From assembly GCF_001194135.2 (NCBI RefSeq), contig NC_068982.1, positions 146,278,336 to 146,341,169 on the forward strand: a stretch of 62,834 bases of DNA, written 5' to 3'. Shown in pieces: positions 25,266 to 35,220 of the stretch. How positions within the stretch are numbered: the first letter of the stretch is position 1; each line of letters begins with the position of its first letter. The DNA comes from Octopus bimaculoides (taxonomy: Eukaryota). The notes beneath the pieces were generated by a model, which searched no databases, had not been told where the DNA came from, and saw only the letters and a program-made list of their open reading frames with translations. The translations under genes and the position numbers were made by a program.

Positions 25266-26795
25266 CTGCCCGGGATTTCTTCTTCTCAACAGATTAATGT
25301 ATTAAATTGCTCTGCGATCAATTCATGGCAATTACTGAACTTTTTTTTTATCCAAAATCCCTGTACACCATCAGCTCCTGTTGCTTTCCAATTGCTTATC
25401 TTTTTACTTATATTTCTGATACTGTCTTTTGTGAAGTGGATAGCCACTTGCTGGGAATTAAAAAGCTGTTTGCTTCAGGTAGCAAAGCCATTCAGCTGTA
25501 GTATTATGTTGTTCTTGCTTACATCATATCTTTCCCCCAAAATGTCGACTTCCATCAGTATCAGGGACTAATCTTTCACGTTTTTTTATCATCATTAATA
25601 TGTTGGTAAAATCTATTTTGGTCGGTTCTAAACAATTTATTTTGCTGGTATATCTTAATCCTTTGTTCAAAAATGTTACCTTTGCTTTTTTCGCATGTAT
25701 TCGCTACTTCAGTTCTTTAGTTTTAAAATTCAGACCTTTTGTATCTATACCATACTTCTACCTAACTTTTTCGAATTTCCATTCATTCTTAAGTCCTTTA
25801 TTTATTTTCCTGACAAGTACTGACGTTACATTGTTCAAAGAGTTTATATCTCCAGAAAGTCTCCTTTTCCCCCACGGTTGTTTATTTCCTCTTCTATCCG
25901 TCGCTGTTCTTTTCTCAGTAGTTCTCAATTCCATCCTTTCCGCCATAATCCTACAAGCAGCCTTGATAAGAATATTTGCTTGTGTAATGTTCTTTGTTTC
26001 AATGTGTCTCAATACATTATGGACTTCATTCGTCTCTTGATTTAAGCCCCATCAGTTAGTCTTCTTAAAGTCGCACATAGATTCTGTCCCTTCTGTATTT
26101 AATAGATCGAAAATGATGTCTATTGTTAATCGATCTTAATTATTTGAATAGTCACTCATCTCAATTCTTTCACAATTCACGGTATCATATTCTTGCGAAC
26201 GATTGTCAATCTCTTCTACTATGACACTTTCGTTTCTCGCATGCCTAGCCTCAACCGATATCCTTATTTCAATAGCTTCTAGCTGTAGTTCTGTTCACCA
26301 TCCATTCTGTGCATTCGTTTTCTGTACCCTCTCACAGGAAGGCCATTTGCATCCACTGGGGTACTGCGTTAGTAACACTCCATAACCACTATGTTACTTG
26401 TTTATTCCACTTATGTCTTGTAGCACGGCTAGCAGTTGGTGGATTGTGACCGGACCCACCCTGCTACGCAGTGGGCATTTGCTGGGTGCAGCACCTCCAC
26501 CTTTGGTTCCAGTCCCCTTCACACCGTTACTGTCAGCTATTATGCTTAGTATTTTCACTCACAAATGAAGTGTGTTTTTAGGTTACTACCAACCAGTTTT
26601 TTTTTTATCGAGACATCATTTCTATCAAGGTAGTCTGTCGAGGCGAAAAGGGATTTGCTCCCCTGATTTTCAGCTCAGAGTGTTCCTTCTTTTTGGCTGC
26701 TTGCCATCCAAGGCTAACAAGTACAGCCTACCCGGAGCAATGGTTATTTGAAGGCGCCAGATACTTGCCTGTTCTCACTCTTCTGTTGGTTTGGC
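25266..26795 (-). mobile_element. R4/Dong-like non-LTR retrotransposon 5' portion (5'UTR, N-terminal and pre-RT region), decayed
   Basis: VMECY..NGLPVRGYRKRM, GW*TELQLEAI, TKNITQANILIKAA, QPWGKRRL, QQNKLFRTDQNRFY, NWKATGADGVQGFWIKK. It breaks off just before the RT core. Confidence 0.85.
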
Positions 26796-27304
26796 NNNNN
26801 NNNNNNNNNNNNNNNNNNNNNNNNNNNNNNNNNNNNNNNNNNNNNNNNNNNNNNNNNNNNNNNNNNNNNNNNNNNNNNNNNNNNNNNNNNNNNNNNNNNN
26901 NNNNNNNNNNNNNNNNNNNNNNNNNNNNNNNNNNNNNNNNNNNNNNNNNNNNNNNNNNNNNNNNNNNNNNNNNNNNNNNNNNNNNNNNNNNNNNNNNNNN
27001 NNNNNNNNNNNNNNNNNNNNNNNNNNNNNNNNNNNNNNNNNNNNNNNNNNNNNNNNNNNNNNNNNNNNNNNNNNAGAGAGAGGGCAAAGAGACAGACATA
27101 CAGAAAAAAGACAGAAAAATTAGATATTAGGAAAATAAAAGGAAGATTGCCAAGGAAAGGTAGGAAGCTATTTAACCAAAAAGGAAGCAAGAAGAAGCGT
27201 TAATCTGAATCTAACGAAAAAATAGCTTACTGTTTGAATTGGTCCGTAAACTCAGTCCTATATATATAGTAACCAAAATGAAGTAGATTGACAAGTTTAG
27301 TTTT

Positions 27305-27345
27305 TGAACATGTGGAAGACACACGAGATGTCGAAATATCGTTCA
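27305..27345 (+). ncRNA. Degenerate hammerhead of the same architecture as 23268-23310
   Basis: UGAAC augugga A GACA cacgaga UGUC GAAA U AUC GUUCA. Stems I and II are intact; the first core strand is mutated. Confidence 0.55.
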
Positions 27346-27409
27346 CTTGGTAACAATGGCACTCTTCTATGTTTGCTTCGATATCTTCTGGAGCAGTTAC
27401 TTCAGTCGT

Positions 27410-27417
27410 ATATATTA

Positions 27418-27498
<81 letters not shown>

Positions 27499-27667
27499 CA
27501 TCGTAACACAGTGCAGGTAAAAATGCACCGGAGTCTTTAGTCATCTGTCAAGTCACAAGGACCTCAGACAGATAATACTTTCCGTAACATGTGCGCTGTG
27601 CCCAATAAGGCTGTGCTTTATGCAAGACATCAATCATGCATGGGATTTCCAGTTGCCTTAAGAAGTC
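27410..27667 (-). mobile_element. R4/Dong-like 3' end (different subfamily) with (AAT)n tail
   Basis: FLRQLEIPCMIDVL..TALLGTAHMLRKVLSV*, a short 3'UTR, then (AAT)n at about 27410-27497. Confidence 0.8.
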
Positions 27668-27757
27668 CGGAAGTTAAACTCAGTGCGTAAAGAGACGTCA
27701 GAAATGCTGCTAAGCATTGTGACCGACACAGTAATGGTTCTGTTAGCTCACCGCCCT
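27668..27757 (-). mobile_element. SINE family 1 head only, fused to the R4-like 3' end
   Basis: aaactcagtgcgtaaagagacgtcagaaatgctgctaagcat..gttagctcaccgcc matches the head of the 33813-34047 copy. Confidence 0.75.
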
Positions 27758-27930
27758 ACAGAGGTCAGTTATATTGATTATAATTTTTCCATAAATGCGG
27801 AGGCTGTTCTATTACTGCAGATCATCAGTTCATGAAGCCAAAAGTGAAGAAAAACGCCATCCAGTCTCAAATTTTATTAATAGACTTTTAAGAAATAACG
27901 AAATTAACGTTAAATTTCATGTGTCATATA

Positions 27931-28022
27931 TAGAATTTTCCTACCTACTTAATAATCTTTGCAAACATTTGAATAATCTTTGCAACCAATTGAATAATTT
28001 TTACAAGCAATTTAATAATAAA
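27931..28022. repeat. Left TIR with about 3.5 x 21-bp internal repeats
   Basis: Units similar to ttgaataatctttgcaaccaa. Confidence 0.85.
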
Positions 28023-28051
28023 AATTTATATTAATATAATTGAAAATAAAT

Positions 28052-29907
28052 TTATTCAAGAAGTATTCCTCGCTCCGCAGAACGTATTAGGTACCCCAAC
28101 ATTTTTCTGTAAAAGGCCCTACAGTGTTCTACTGATATTTCCCCAAACTTATTTTCAATAAGTACCCTATAATAGCACCTCTCCTTATCACCAAATTTTT
28201 TCAGAGAAGATATTCTCTATCGGGTTGAGAAAAGAGCAATATGGTGGAAAATACCTAATGTTATAGGTAGGTACTTCCAAATCTTCAGATAAACCCCTAT
28301 AGTGGAGAATTCTTTCATTATCTATAATAAATACTGGAATTCTTATGCCTTTTTCCAAACAAGGTGTCTTTATCTCTTAGAGAGGTATCTTGAAATCTTC
28401 ACCCTAACCCTAACCCTCTCATGTATTTTATGGTATATCATCCCATATTTATTCATAGCCGCAACAACAGAAATGTTTCTGCTTCACGCAACAGGTAGGG
28501 TTACATATGCTGATTGTCCACTCCTATTACGACCTCTGGCCTTGTTACCACCGGAAGCCCTACTTCATCTAAATCGACATAGTTCTTGTCATCATTATTC
28601 GCTTCAAGATTCTCATAAACAGTGGCATATGCCTTCCTGAGTTTAATTGCGCTTTGACAATTTATTCGTTTAGAAACGAGCGTGACTCTTATTAAAGTTT
28701 AACGAAACTGGCGAAGATTTCTATCATTAGTACTTATTGATACTTGAATACCGAAAGTCTCGAAGACCCAATTACAGAGCCTTTTTAGAGTGCTAGTAGA
28801 AGTTTGATCTACATAGGCGAGCAACTGCTCTTTAACCTCTGCAATAAGTTTACAACACATATCACCTCCGCGCTTCGAAGGGAGTATATCACCAGTTTAC
28901 AGGTGTCGTTTTACAATACTGTTATTGTATGGTACATTTTCCAATACATAAAAGTTATATTGGAAACTGTATAGCCCTCCGATGTTTTTGCCACTATCCT
29001 CATTCTATCATTATTGGAAACTGCTCTCCTCCGTTTTGGGGGTTGTGCCCCTGATAGAGGTATTAGATTTTCATTCGCATCGGCATTCATAGCAGCAGGG
29101 TCATCGGCATTCATAGCAGCAGGGTTATTGCCATTTATAGCAGCAGGGACATCGACTTTCATAGAAGCGGGGTCACCGGAATTCATTGCATCAGGGTCAT
29201 CGGCATTGACAGAAGAAGGGTTATCGGCATTCATAGCAGCAGCATATTCGGCATTCATAGCAGCATGGTCATCGCCATTCATAACAGCAGTGTCATCGGA
29301 ATTCGTAGCATCAGGCGCATCGGTATGTATTGCATCAAGGTCATCGGCATTCATAGCAGAAAGGTCATCGGTATTCATAACAGCAGAGTCATCGTCATTC
29401 ATTGCATCAGGGTCATCAATATTCATGGCATCTGGGTCATCGGCATTCTCAGCTGCATTTTCATCGGCATTCATAGTAGCAGGGTCGTCGGCATTCCTAA
29501 TAGCAGGGTCATCGAAATTGATAGCAGCAGGGTTAGCACCATTCATAGAAGCGGGTTCATCTGCATTCATAGCAGCAGGATCATCAGTATTCACAGCATT
29601 AAGGACAACGGCTTTCATACTAGCATGATCATCGGCATCCATAGCAGCAGTGTCATCGGAATTTATAGCAGCAATGTCATCGGCATTCGTAGCAGCAGAC
29701 TCGTCGGTGTTCATAACAGTAGGGTCATCCGCTTTCATAGCAGCAGAAACATCAGAATTCATAGCAGCACTGGCTATCGCCATTCATAGCAGCAGGGTCA
29801 TCGACCTTCATATCAGCAGTGCCATCATTATTCATAGCAGCAGGGTCATCGACCTTCATATCAGCAGTGCCATCATTATTCATAGCAGCAGGGTCATCGA
29901 CCTTCAT
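28052..29907 (-). pseudogene. DD34E transposase with N-terminal (AAMNADDP)n extension
   Basis: Repeat, then PPKRRR, VSNNDRMRIV (HTH-like), KRGG, DLDEVG, RNISVVAAMN, IDNERILH..FPPYCSFLNPIE (34 aa between D and E), stop at 28052-28054. Internal stops and frameshifts. Confidence 0.88.
29077..29907 (-). repeat. 24-bp coding minisatellite, about 34 units, with perfect 48-bp dimers at its 5' end
   Basis: Plus-strand unit gggtcatcggcattcatagcagca. Identical 48-bp units catagcagcagggtcatcgaccttcatatcagcagtgccatcattatt at about 29785-29880. Confidence 0.97.
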
Positions 29908-30008
29908 GGCAACATGTTTAAATAAAATAAAATATCAAATAAAATAAAATCTACATTATTTACATTATTTACATTTGACGGATATTTGTCCTCATCTTGT
30001 TTGTTGTT

Positions 30009-30054
30009 AGCACAACGTTTCGGCTGATATACCCTCCAGCCTTCATCAGGTGTT
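30009..30054 (-). ncRNA. Minimal type I hammerhead ribozyme, intact core
   Basis: rc reads aaCAC CUGAUGA A GGCUG gaggguauau CAGCC GAAA C GUU GUGc. Stem I has only 3 contiguous bp. Confidence 0.8.
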
Positions 30055-30101
30055 CTGAGGAAATTTCGAACCTGGGTTCTCATTCCTAAGGTATTGTTTG
30101 A

Positions 30102-30140
<39 letters not shown>

Positions 30141-30228
30141 GATTATTATTATTAGTAGTAGTAGTAGTAGTATTATTACTACTATTCATGTAACTGCGTG
30201 GAATTGATTCCAGGCAGGGAGCTGAAAA

Positions 30229-30309
<81 letters not shown>

Positions 30310-30357
30310 TCGAAAAATACCTTAGGAATGAGAACCCAGGTTCGAAATTTCCCCGAG

Positions 30358-30401
30358 ACACCTGATGAAGGCTGGAGGGTATATTAGCCGAAACGTTGAG
30401 C
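30358..30401 (+). ncRNA. Minimal type I hammerhead ribozyme, intact core, damaged stem I
   Basis: acac CUGAUGA A GGCUG gaggguauau UAGCC GAAA C GUU gagc. Confidence 0.72.
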
Positions 30402-30679
30402 TAACAACAAACAAGATGAGCGCAAATATCCGTCAAATGTAAATAATGTAAATAATGTACATAATTCCTCATCTTTTAAATATAGAACTGTAAAATGAAA
30501 TCTATTTACTTCAATTTTTTCAAATGTAAAATAGTTTAGCTTTTATATAAGCCTGGAGTGCTTTGATGGACGATATTTCGAAATTTTTCCAAATTCAGTA
30601 TTTTATTCAACAATAACTACCTCGTATTATAAATTGTACAAAAGTGTTTATTTAAATTTTTTCTTATGTTTATTATTAT

Positions 30680-30844
30680 CCTGCTGGCAAAAATTGTGAA
30701 ATTTCTTGCAAAGATAATTAAATTACTTGCAAAAATTATTCACTTGGTTGCAAATATTAGTCACCTGGTGGCAAAGATTATTCAAATAGTTGCCAAAATT
30801 ATTCAGTTGGTTGGAAAGATTATTAAGTAGGTAGAAAAATCCTA
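30680..30844. repeat. Right TIR with about 6 x 21-bp internal repeats
   Basis: Units similar to ttggttgcaaagattattcaa, the rc of the left units. Confidence 0.85.
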
Positions 30845-33067
30845 TAATTTCATGGAGGAAGAATTTTTTAAGGAATAAAACACAAATCTTTGAGAGCAGA
30901 GCTAATATACACATATTTTTTCCTTCTTGTTTTAAGATCTTTCAACCTATATCGTCTAGATTATGATCAATTTTACAAAGTACCCAAATGTTCGAATTTC
31001 ATTCTTACGCTATTAATATTTAAGCTACATTCGGCAAATCAATAACTTCAAATATATAATTCGCTTCTGAACTATAAGTTTTATCCTCAGTGAGGATCGT
31101 AATAATGACTAGATTGGAGGCGATATTGACTTAAGGAAATAATGAATTATTCGGTCTATTTTTGTTTTACGCATTCTTTATTATCCCAATAAAATTTATT
31201 TCCCAGCATACTTACACTTTCTTACACCTACTTATAAGTTCAATGAATATATTGATAATTGCTGCAGTGTCTCAAAAGCATTATACCAAATTACAGATTA
31301 CTATTCATGTAGTAGAAATATTTTCGCTTCAGTAAAGAATTTTATTTGTGTATAATTTTAAGTGGAATGATATATAAACACTACACGTCAAGTATAAATT
31401 CACTATAAAACATAAATCAATTTGCAATGCTGGAAATTGAAAAATGTATCACTATTATTTCACGTATAGCAGTAATCAAGACCGTCAACTGAACGTGGAG
31501 GTTTGGTTAGAACACACGATACTGATTTATTTACTGCAAGAGGATCTCTCTTAAGAACACAAGCACACAAAATCATATCGTTCTCAGAAGAGAATTGTCT
31601 GCTACGAGCGCCCGAACTGCCAGATCACGTGCTTTCACCCTGGACCAGGTTTCTCAATGAAAAATGTCTATCAGTACAATAACAGACAGATTCTCTAGCA
31701 AAAATATATAGAATTTCTATATATATAGAATCTGTCTAGTCAGGCATTTGTATGGCAATTGGTATTGGACTATTAAAATATTATTAATAGCCGCAAAAGC
31801 AATTTGTGTGTTTTCTTGTTATTGATGATGTTGTTGCTGTTGTTGTTATAATCTTGTTTGCCATCTTTACGTAAAGCTTGTTTTAGTTCCCCCAGTCCTG
31901 TATTAATTGTTTTGTATTTTAAGAAGCCGACTGACTACTTGCAGCACTATTTAATGAGTTAATGTAGGGTATATTTGAAAAGGAGAAAAAAATCCTTTCA
32001 ACGTTACAATCAGGCTTGAAAAGTGATCATGAATTTCTCTATAGTGTTTTTTTTTATTTGTTTGTTTTTTGTCATCTGCATTTATGAAATAACCCTATTC
32101 TGTTTCATACGGTAAGTAAAAATCATATTTAAGTAGAATATAATGGATTATTTTTATCATTAATGAAGTCAGACGATCTGTCCAACAAAAGCTTTTAACA
32201 AACCAAAAACTCAATTCCAAATAAATATGACAGTAATATTTTAGGTAATATATAAAAACTTCACCAGTCACATTTCCTCCACATATATTACTGGCTGAAA
32301 GTTTCGAACTTTGAACTTGTTATCTTTATGTTGTTAACTAATTTATCTAAGTTTCCAATTTCTCTACTTTTTAAGAAATATTTGTTTGTTTTTACAGAGT
32401 ATAATGTCTTGAATTTTGTAAAATTTTCTATAGTGGAAATGCATTTAATATCAGGAATTTTATAAAATTTTATACAGTGGAAGTGTATTTAATATCATGT
32501 AGTAGAATTACATAAAGTTTTGTTGGTTGTATTCAGCAACAATTTAAATGCGAATAGCATAAAATAGTGATTAGAGCTTTCAATGATTGCTGCGTAGTTT
32601 AGGTACGAAAGATATGCTTCATTTGAGCAGAGGAGTTAGGTCCATCACTTAAAAAATAATTTCAGATGATAGTCGTATAACTTGAGCAAAAAGTTTCTAA
32701 CTGTGGCTTTAATACTCGAGCAAAGACAGTCTAATGTTATCTACATTGTTTAAGATATTGATTAACACTTCATTTGTAATACTGATCGCTGCAACACTTG
32801 AGAGCAGTGGCCTTCTTATGATAGCTACAACACTGAGATATTGATAATTGCATCACTTGGAGATAATAGTAGTTGCATCACTTAAGAAGAGGCTGACAGC
32901 TGCATCACTTCAGCAGACAATTTTTAATGATATTTGTCCTCACTTGTGCAGAGACTTTCTCAAAATAAATGCGTGCAGATTTAGAACAAGCTAGCCGTTC
33001 TACTGAAACAATCTATATACTACTAAACTTCTCTTAATACTTGCTTGCTTGCTTGTCTGTCATTTAA

Positions 33068-35220
33068 TATAGCCAAACCGGTGTATAATGGGAAAATACT
33101 CTGAGAGTAAAGCACCCCTGAAATGTGAATACAAACGGAATAATACAAGTTTCGCGTAAATCGGACACCAGATTCCTGAGATACGCGCTTTGTGTGTGTG
33201 GGGGGGGGGGGGGNNNNNNNNNNNNNNNNNNNNNNNNNNNNNNNNNNNNNNNNNNNNNNNNNNNNNNNNNNNNNNNNNNNNNNNNNNNNNNNNNNNNNNN
33301 NNNNNNNNNNNNNNNNNNNNNNNNNNNNNNNNNNNNNNNNNNNNNNNNNNNNNNNNNNNNNNNNNNNNNNNNNNNNNNNNNNNNNNNNNNNNNNNNNNNN
33401 NNNNNNNNNNNNNNNNNNNNNNNNNNNNNNNNNNNNNNNNNNNNNNNNNNNNNNNNNNNNNNNNNNNNNNNNNNNNNNNNNNNNNNNNNNNNNNNNNNNN
33501 NNNNNNNNNNNNNNNNNNNNNNNNNNNNNNNNNNNNNNNNNNNNNNNNNNNNNNNNNNNNNNNNNNNNNNNNNNNNNNNNNNNNNNNNNNNNNNNNNNNN
33601 NNNNNNNNNNNNNNNNNNNNNNNNNNNNNNNNNNNNNNNNNNNNNNNNNNNNNNNNNNNNNNNNNNNNNNNNNNNNNNNNNNNNNNNNNNNNNNNNNNNN
33701 NNNNNNNNNNNNNNNNNNGTGAGGAAACTTCGGTAAAACAAAAAAAATAAAAACAATTGTAAATATTTTCAGAGGAAAAGGTGTACGATTCAAGGAAGAT
33801 TTGGCTGTTCTTTCTTATTTCTTTTCTGCCCACAAGGGGCTATACACAGAGAGGACAAACAAGGACAGACAAACGGATTAAGTCGATTATATCGACTCCA
33901 GTGCGTAACTGGTACTTATTTAATCGACCTCGAAAGGATGAAAGGCAAAGTCGACCTCGGCAGAATTTGAACTCAGAACGTAGCGGCAGACGAAATACCG
34001 CTAAGCATGTCGCCTGGCTTGCTAACGTTTCTGCCAGCTCGCCGCCTTTTGGCTGTTGTTTCTAGCACATCACAAATCACCCTCCGTTTTCAGCCTCACA
34101 CATATTGATGTTTTCACAATATTTTTCTCTCATAAAACACATTTTATGGAATGATGATGTGGTCCGTTGGTGGAATATAAGCAACATATAAATATTGTAA
34201 TTTCAATTTTTACCCCCACCATAATCAATCGAAGCTATATGTGCATATAAGAAAAAAGATTTTTTTAACAAAAAAGCTTGCTAAACCACCGTAGATAAAT
34301 GCCAGCAATGACATTCTCAGGCTCTCCAATATTTTAATTTATAAAGAGAAACAGTCAGGAGCAGGAGGAGGGGTTGCAAAAAAATCATAACTTTAAAAAT
34401 TTATAGCATATGAATGTATTTATGGTGAGAAAAATATTGAAGAACATCAATACATTCGAGAGTGAGTAAGAAATAGGGAGGGCTGTCTTGGCATGTGCTA
34501 GAAACAACTGCCTAATCCCCCTTAAAACACTCACTTCTTCCTCTGAAAATATTAACAGTTTTTAAAATATTTTCTCGTACCGAAATGGTTCCTCCCATGG
34601 TTTTCAAATGTCAAAGAAATTGGCTAAAATCGGTCGAGAGAGGGAGGAAGATGATGGGTGGAAGGGTTTACAAAAAAATTTTAAAACTTTTTTTTATAAA
34701 AAGATGTTACCCACCCACATCTTTTCAAAGTAGTGGTTAAAAAAAAATGGCAAAATCCCCGTGAAAACGGAGTAGTTCCAACTTATTTTGTTTTAGTTAT
34801 GAAGGGAAAAAATTCGGATCTTATGAATTTTCGGAAACTTCTCTCCCTACCCCCTTGAAACATTTCTTTACCAGAAATCCCTACTGACTCTGAATTCACA
34901 GTATGTAAGCAGTACTTGTTGAAAATTTTGTTAAGAAGTATCCATTTTCTGTAAGTTATGAGGCAACACATTCGGGGTGGGGTACGCATCTGTAGTTATG
35001 CCAGTTTTGTTTGTGTTCTTGCTTGCGTAAGTGCTTTAATACAACCACGGCGCATAGTGGGAAAACACTTCGAAAGTAAGGTACCACTGAAATGTGAATA
35101 AAAATGGAATAAAACAAGTCTCGCGTAAATCGGACCACATATTCCCGAGATACGCGATTTTTTGGGACCTTCATAAATAGCCAAAACGCTGCATAATGGG
35201 AAAATAACCCTGAAATGGGA
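33068..35220. mobile_element. Probable non-autonomous DNA-transposon remnant(s) with a ~140-bp repeated unit
   Basis: Unit (g)cata(a/g)tgggaaaa..ctgaaatgtgaata..cgcgtaaatcggac..gagatacgcg at 33080 and 35050, partial at 35190. No coding sequence was recognised and the family is not assigned. Confidence 0.45.
33813..34047 (-). mobile_element. tRNA-derived SINE family 1, full head, alternative 3' tail
   Basis: rc ggcggcgagctggcagaaacgttagc..gagttcaaattctgccgaggtcgac..gatataatcgacttaatccgtttgtctgtccttgtttgtcc. Confidence 0.9.

Larger units (their letters stand above)
29952..30491. mobile_element. Fold-back (inverted duplication) of a hammerhead-bearing retro-repeat, nested in the DD34E element
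   Basis: Arms 29952-30204 and 30207-30459 are reverse complements centred on ggaat-tg-attcc. Each arm has (AAT)n or (AAC)n, aataccttaggaatgagaacccaggttcgaaattt, a hammerhead and ccgtcaaatgtaaataatgta. Confidence 0.9.
27931..30844 (-). mobile_element. IS630/Tc1-superfamily DD34E DNA transposon with repeat-containing TIRs
   Basis: Termini TAGAATTTTCCTACCTACTTAATAATCTTT and rc TAGGATTTTTCTACCTACTTAATAATCTTT, with TA at 27929-27930 and 30845-30846. Contains an internal transposase pseudogene. Confidence 0.9.

Noticed and set aside
26600-26795. HDV-like ribozyme in the R4 5'UTR
   Set aside because: Expected for some non-LTR clades, but I could not fold a nested double pseudoknot by eye and the true 5' end lies in gap 26796-27074. 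It needs a descriptor search.
28402-28417. (CCCTAA)2.7 telomere-like repeat inside the transposase
   Set aside because: Too short. It is explained by a 6-bp slippage duplication in coding sequence.
29077-29907. Ice-nucleation or antifreeze protein analogy (8- and 16-residue periodicity)
   Set aside because: No AGYGST or TxT motifs, and the context is a transposon. Only the periodicity is shared.
29014-29925. Plus-strand ORFs of 204, 174 and 91 aa over the 24-bp array
   Set aside because: These are antisense shadows of the repeat. Only the minus frame joins transposase motifs.
27931-30844. 21-bp, 24-bp and 32-bp repeats as a CRISPR-like array
   Set aside because: They are head-to-tail with no unique spacers, there are no cas genes, and the context is eukaryotic.
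32040-32120. Putative host exons (gtaagt donors near 32112 and 38426; ttacag acceptors near 32399 and 62160)
   Set aside because: Isolated splice-like motifs without a coherent ORF or recognisable product.
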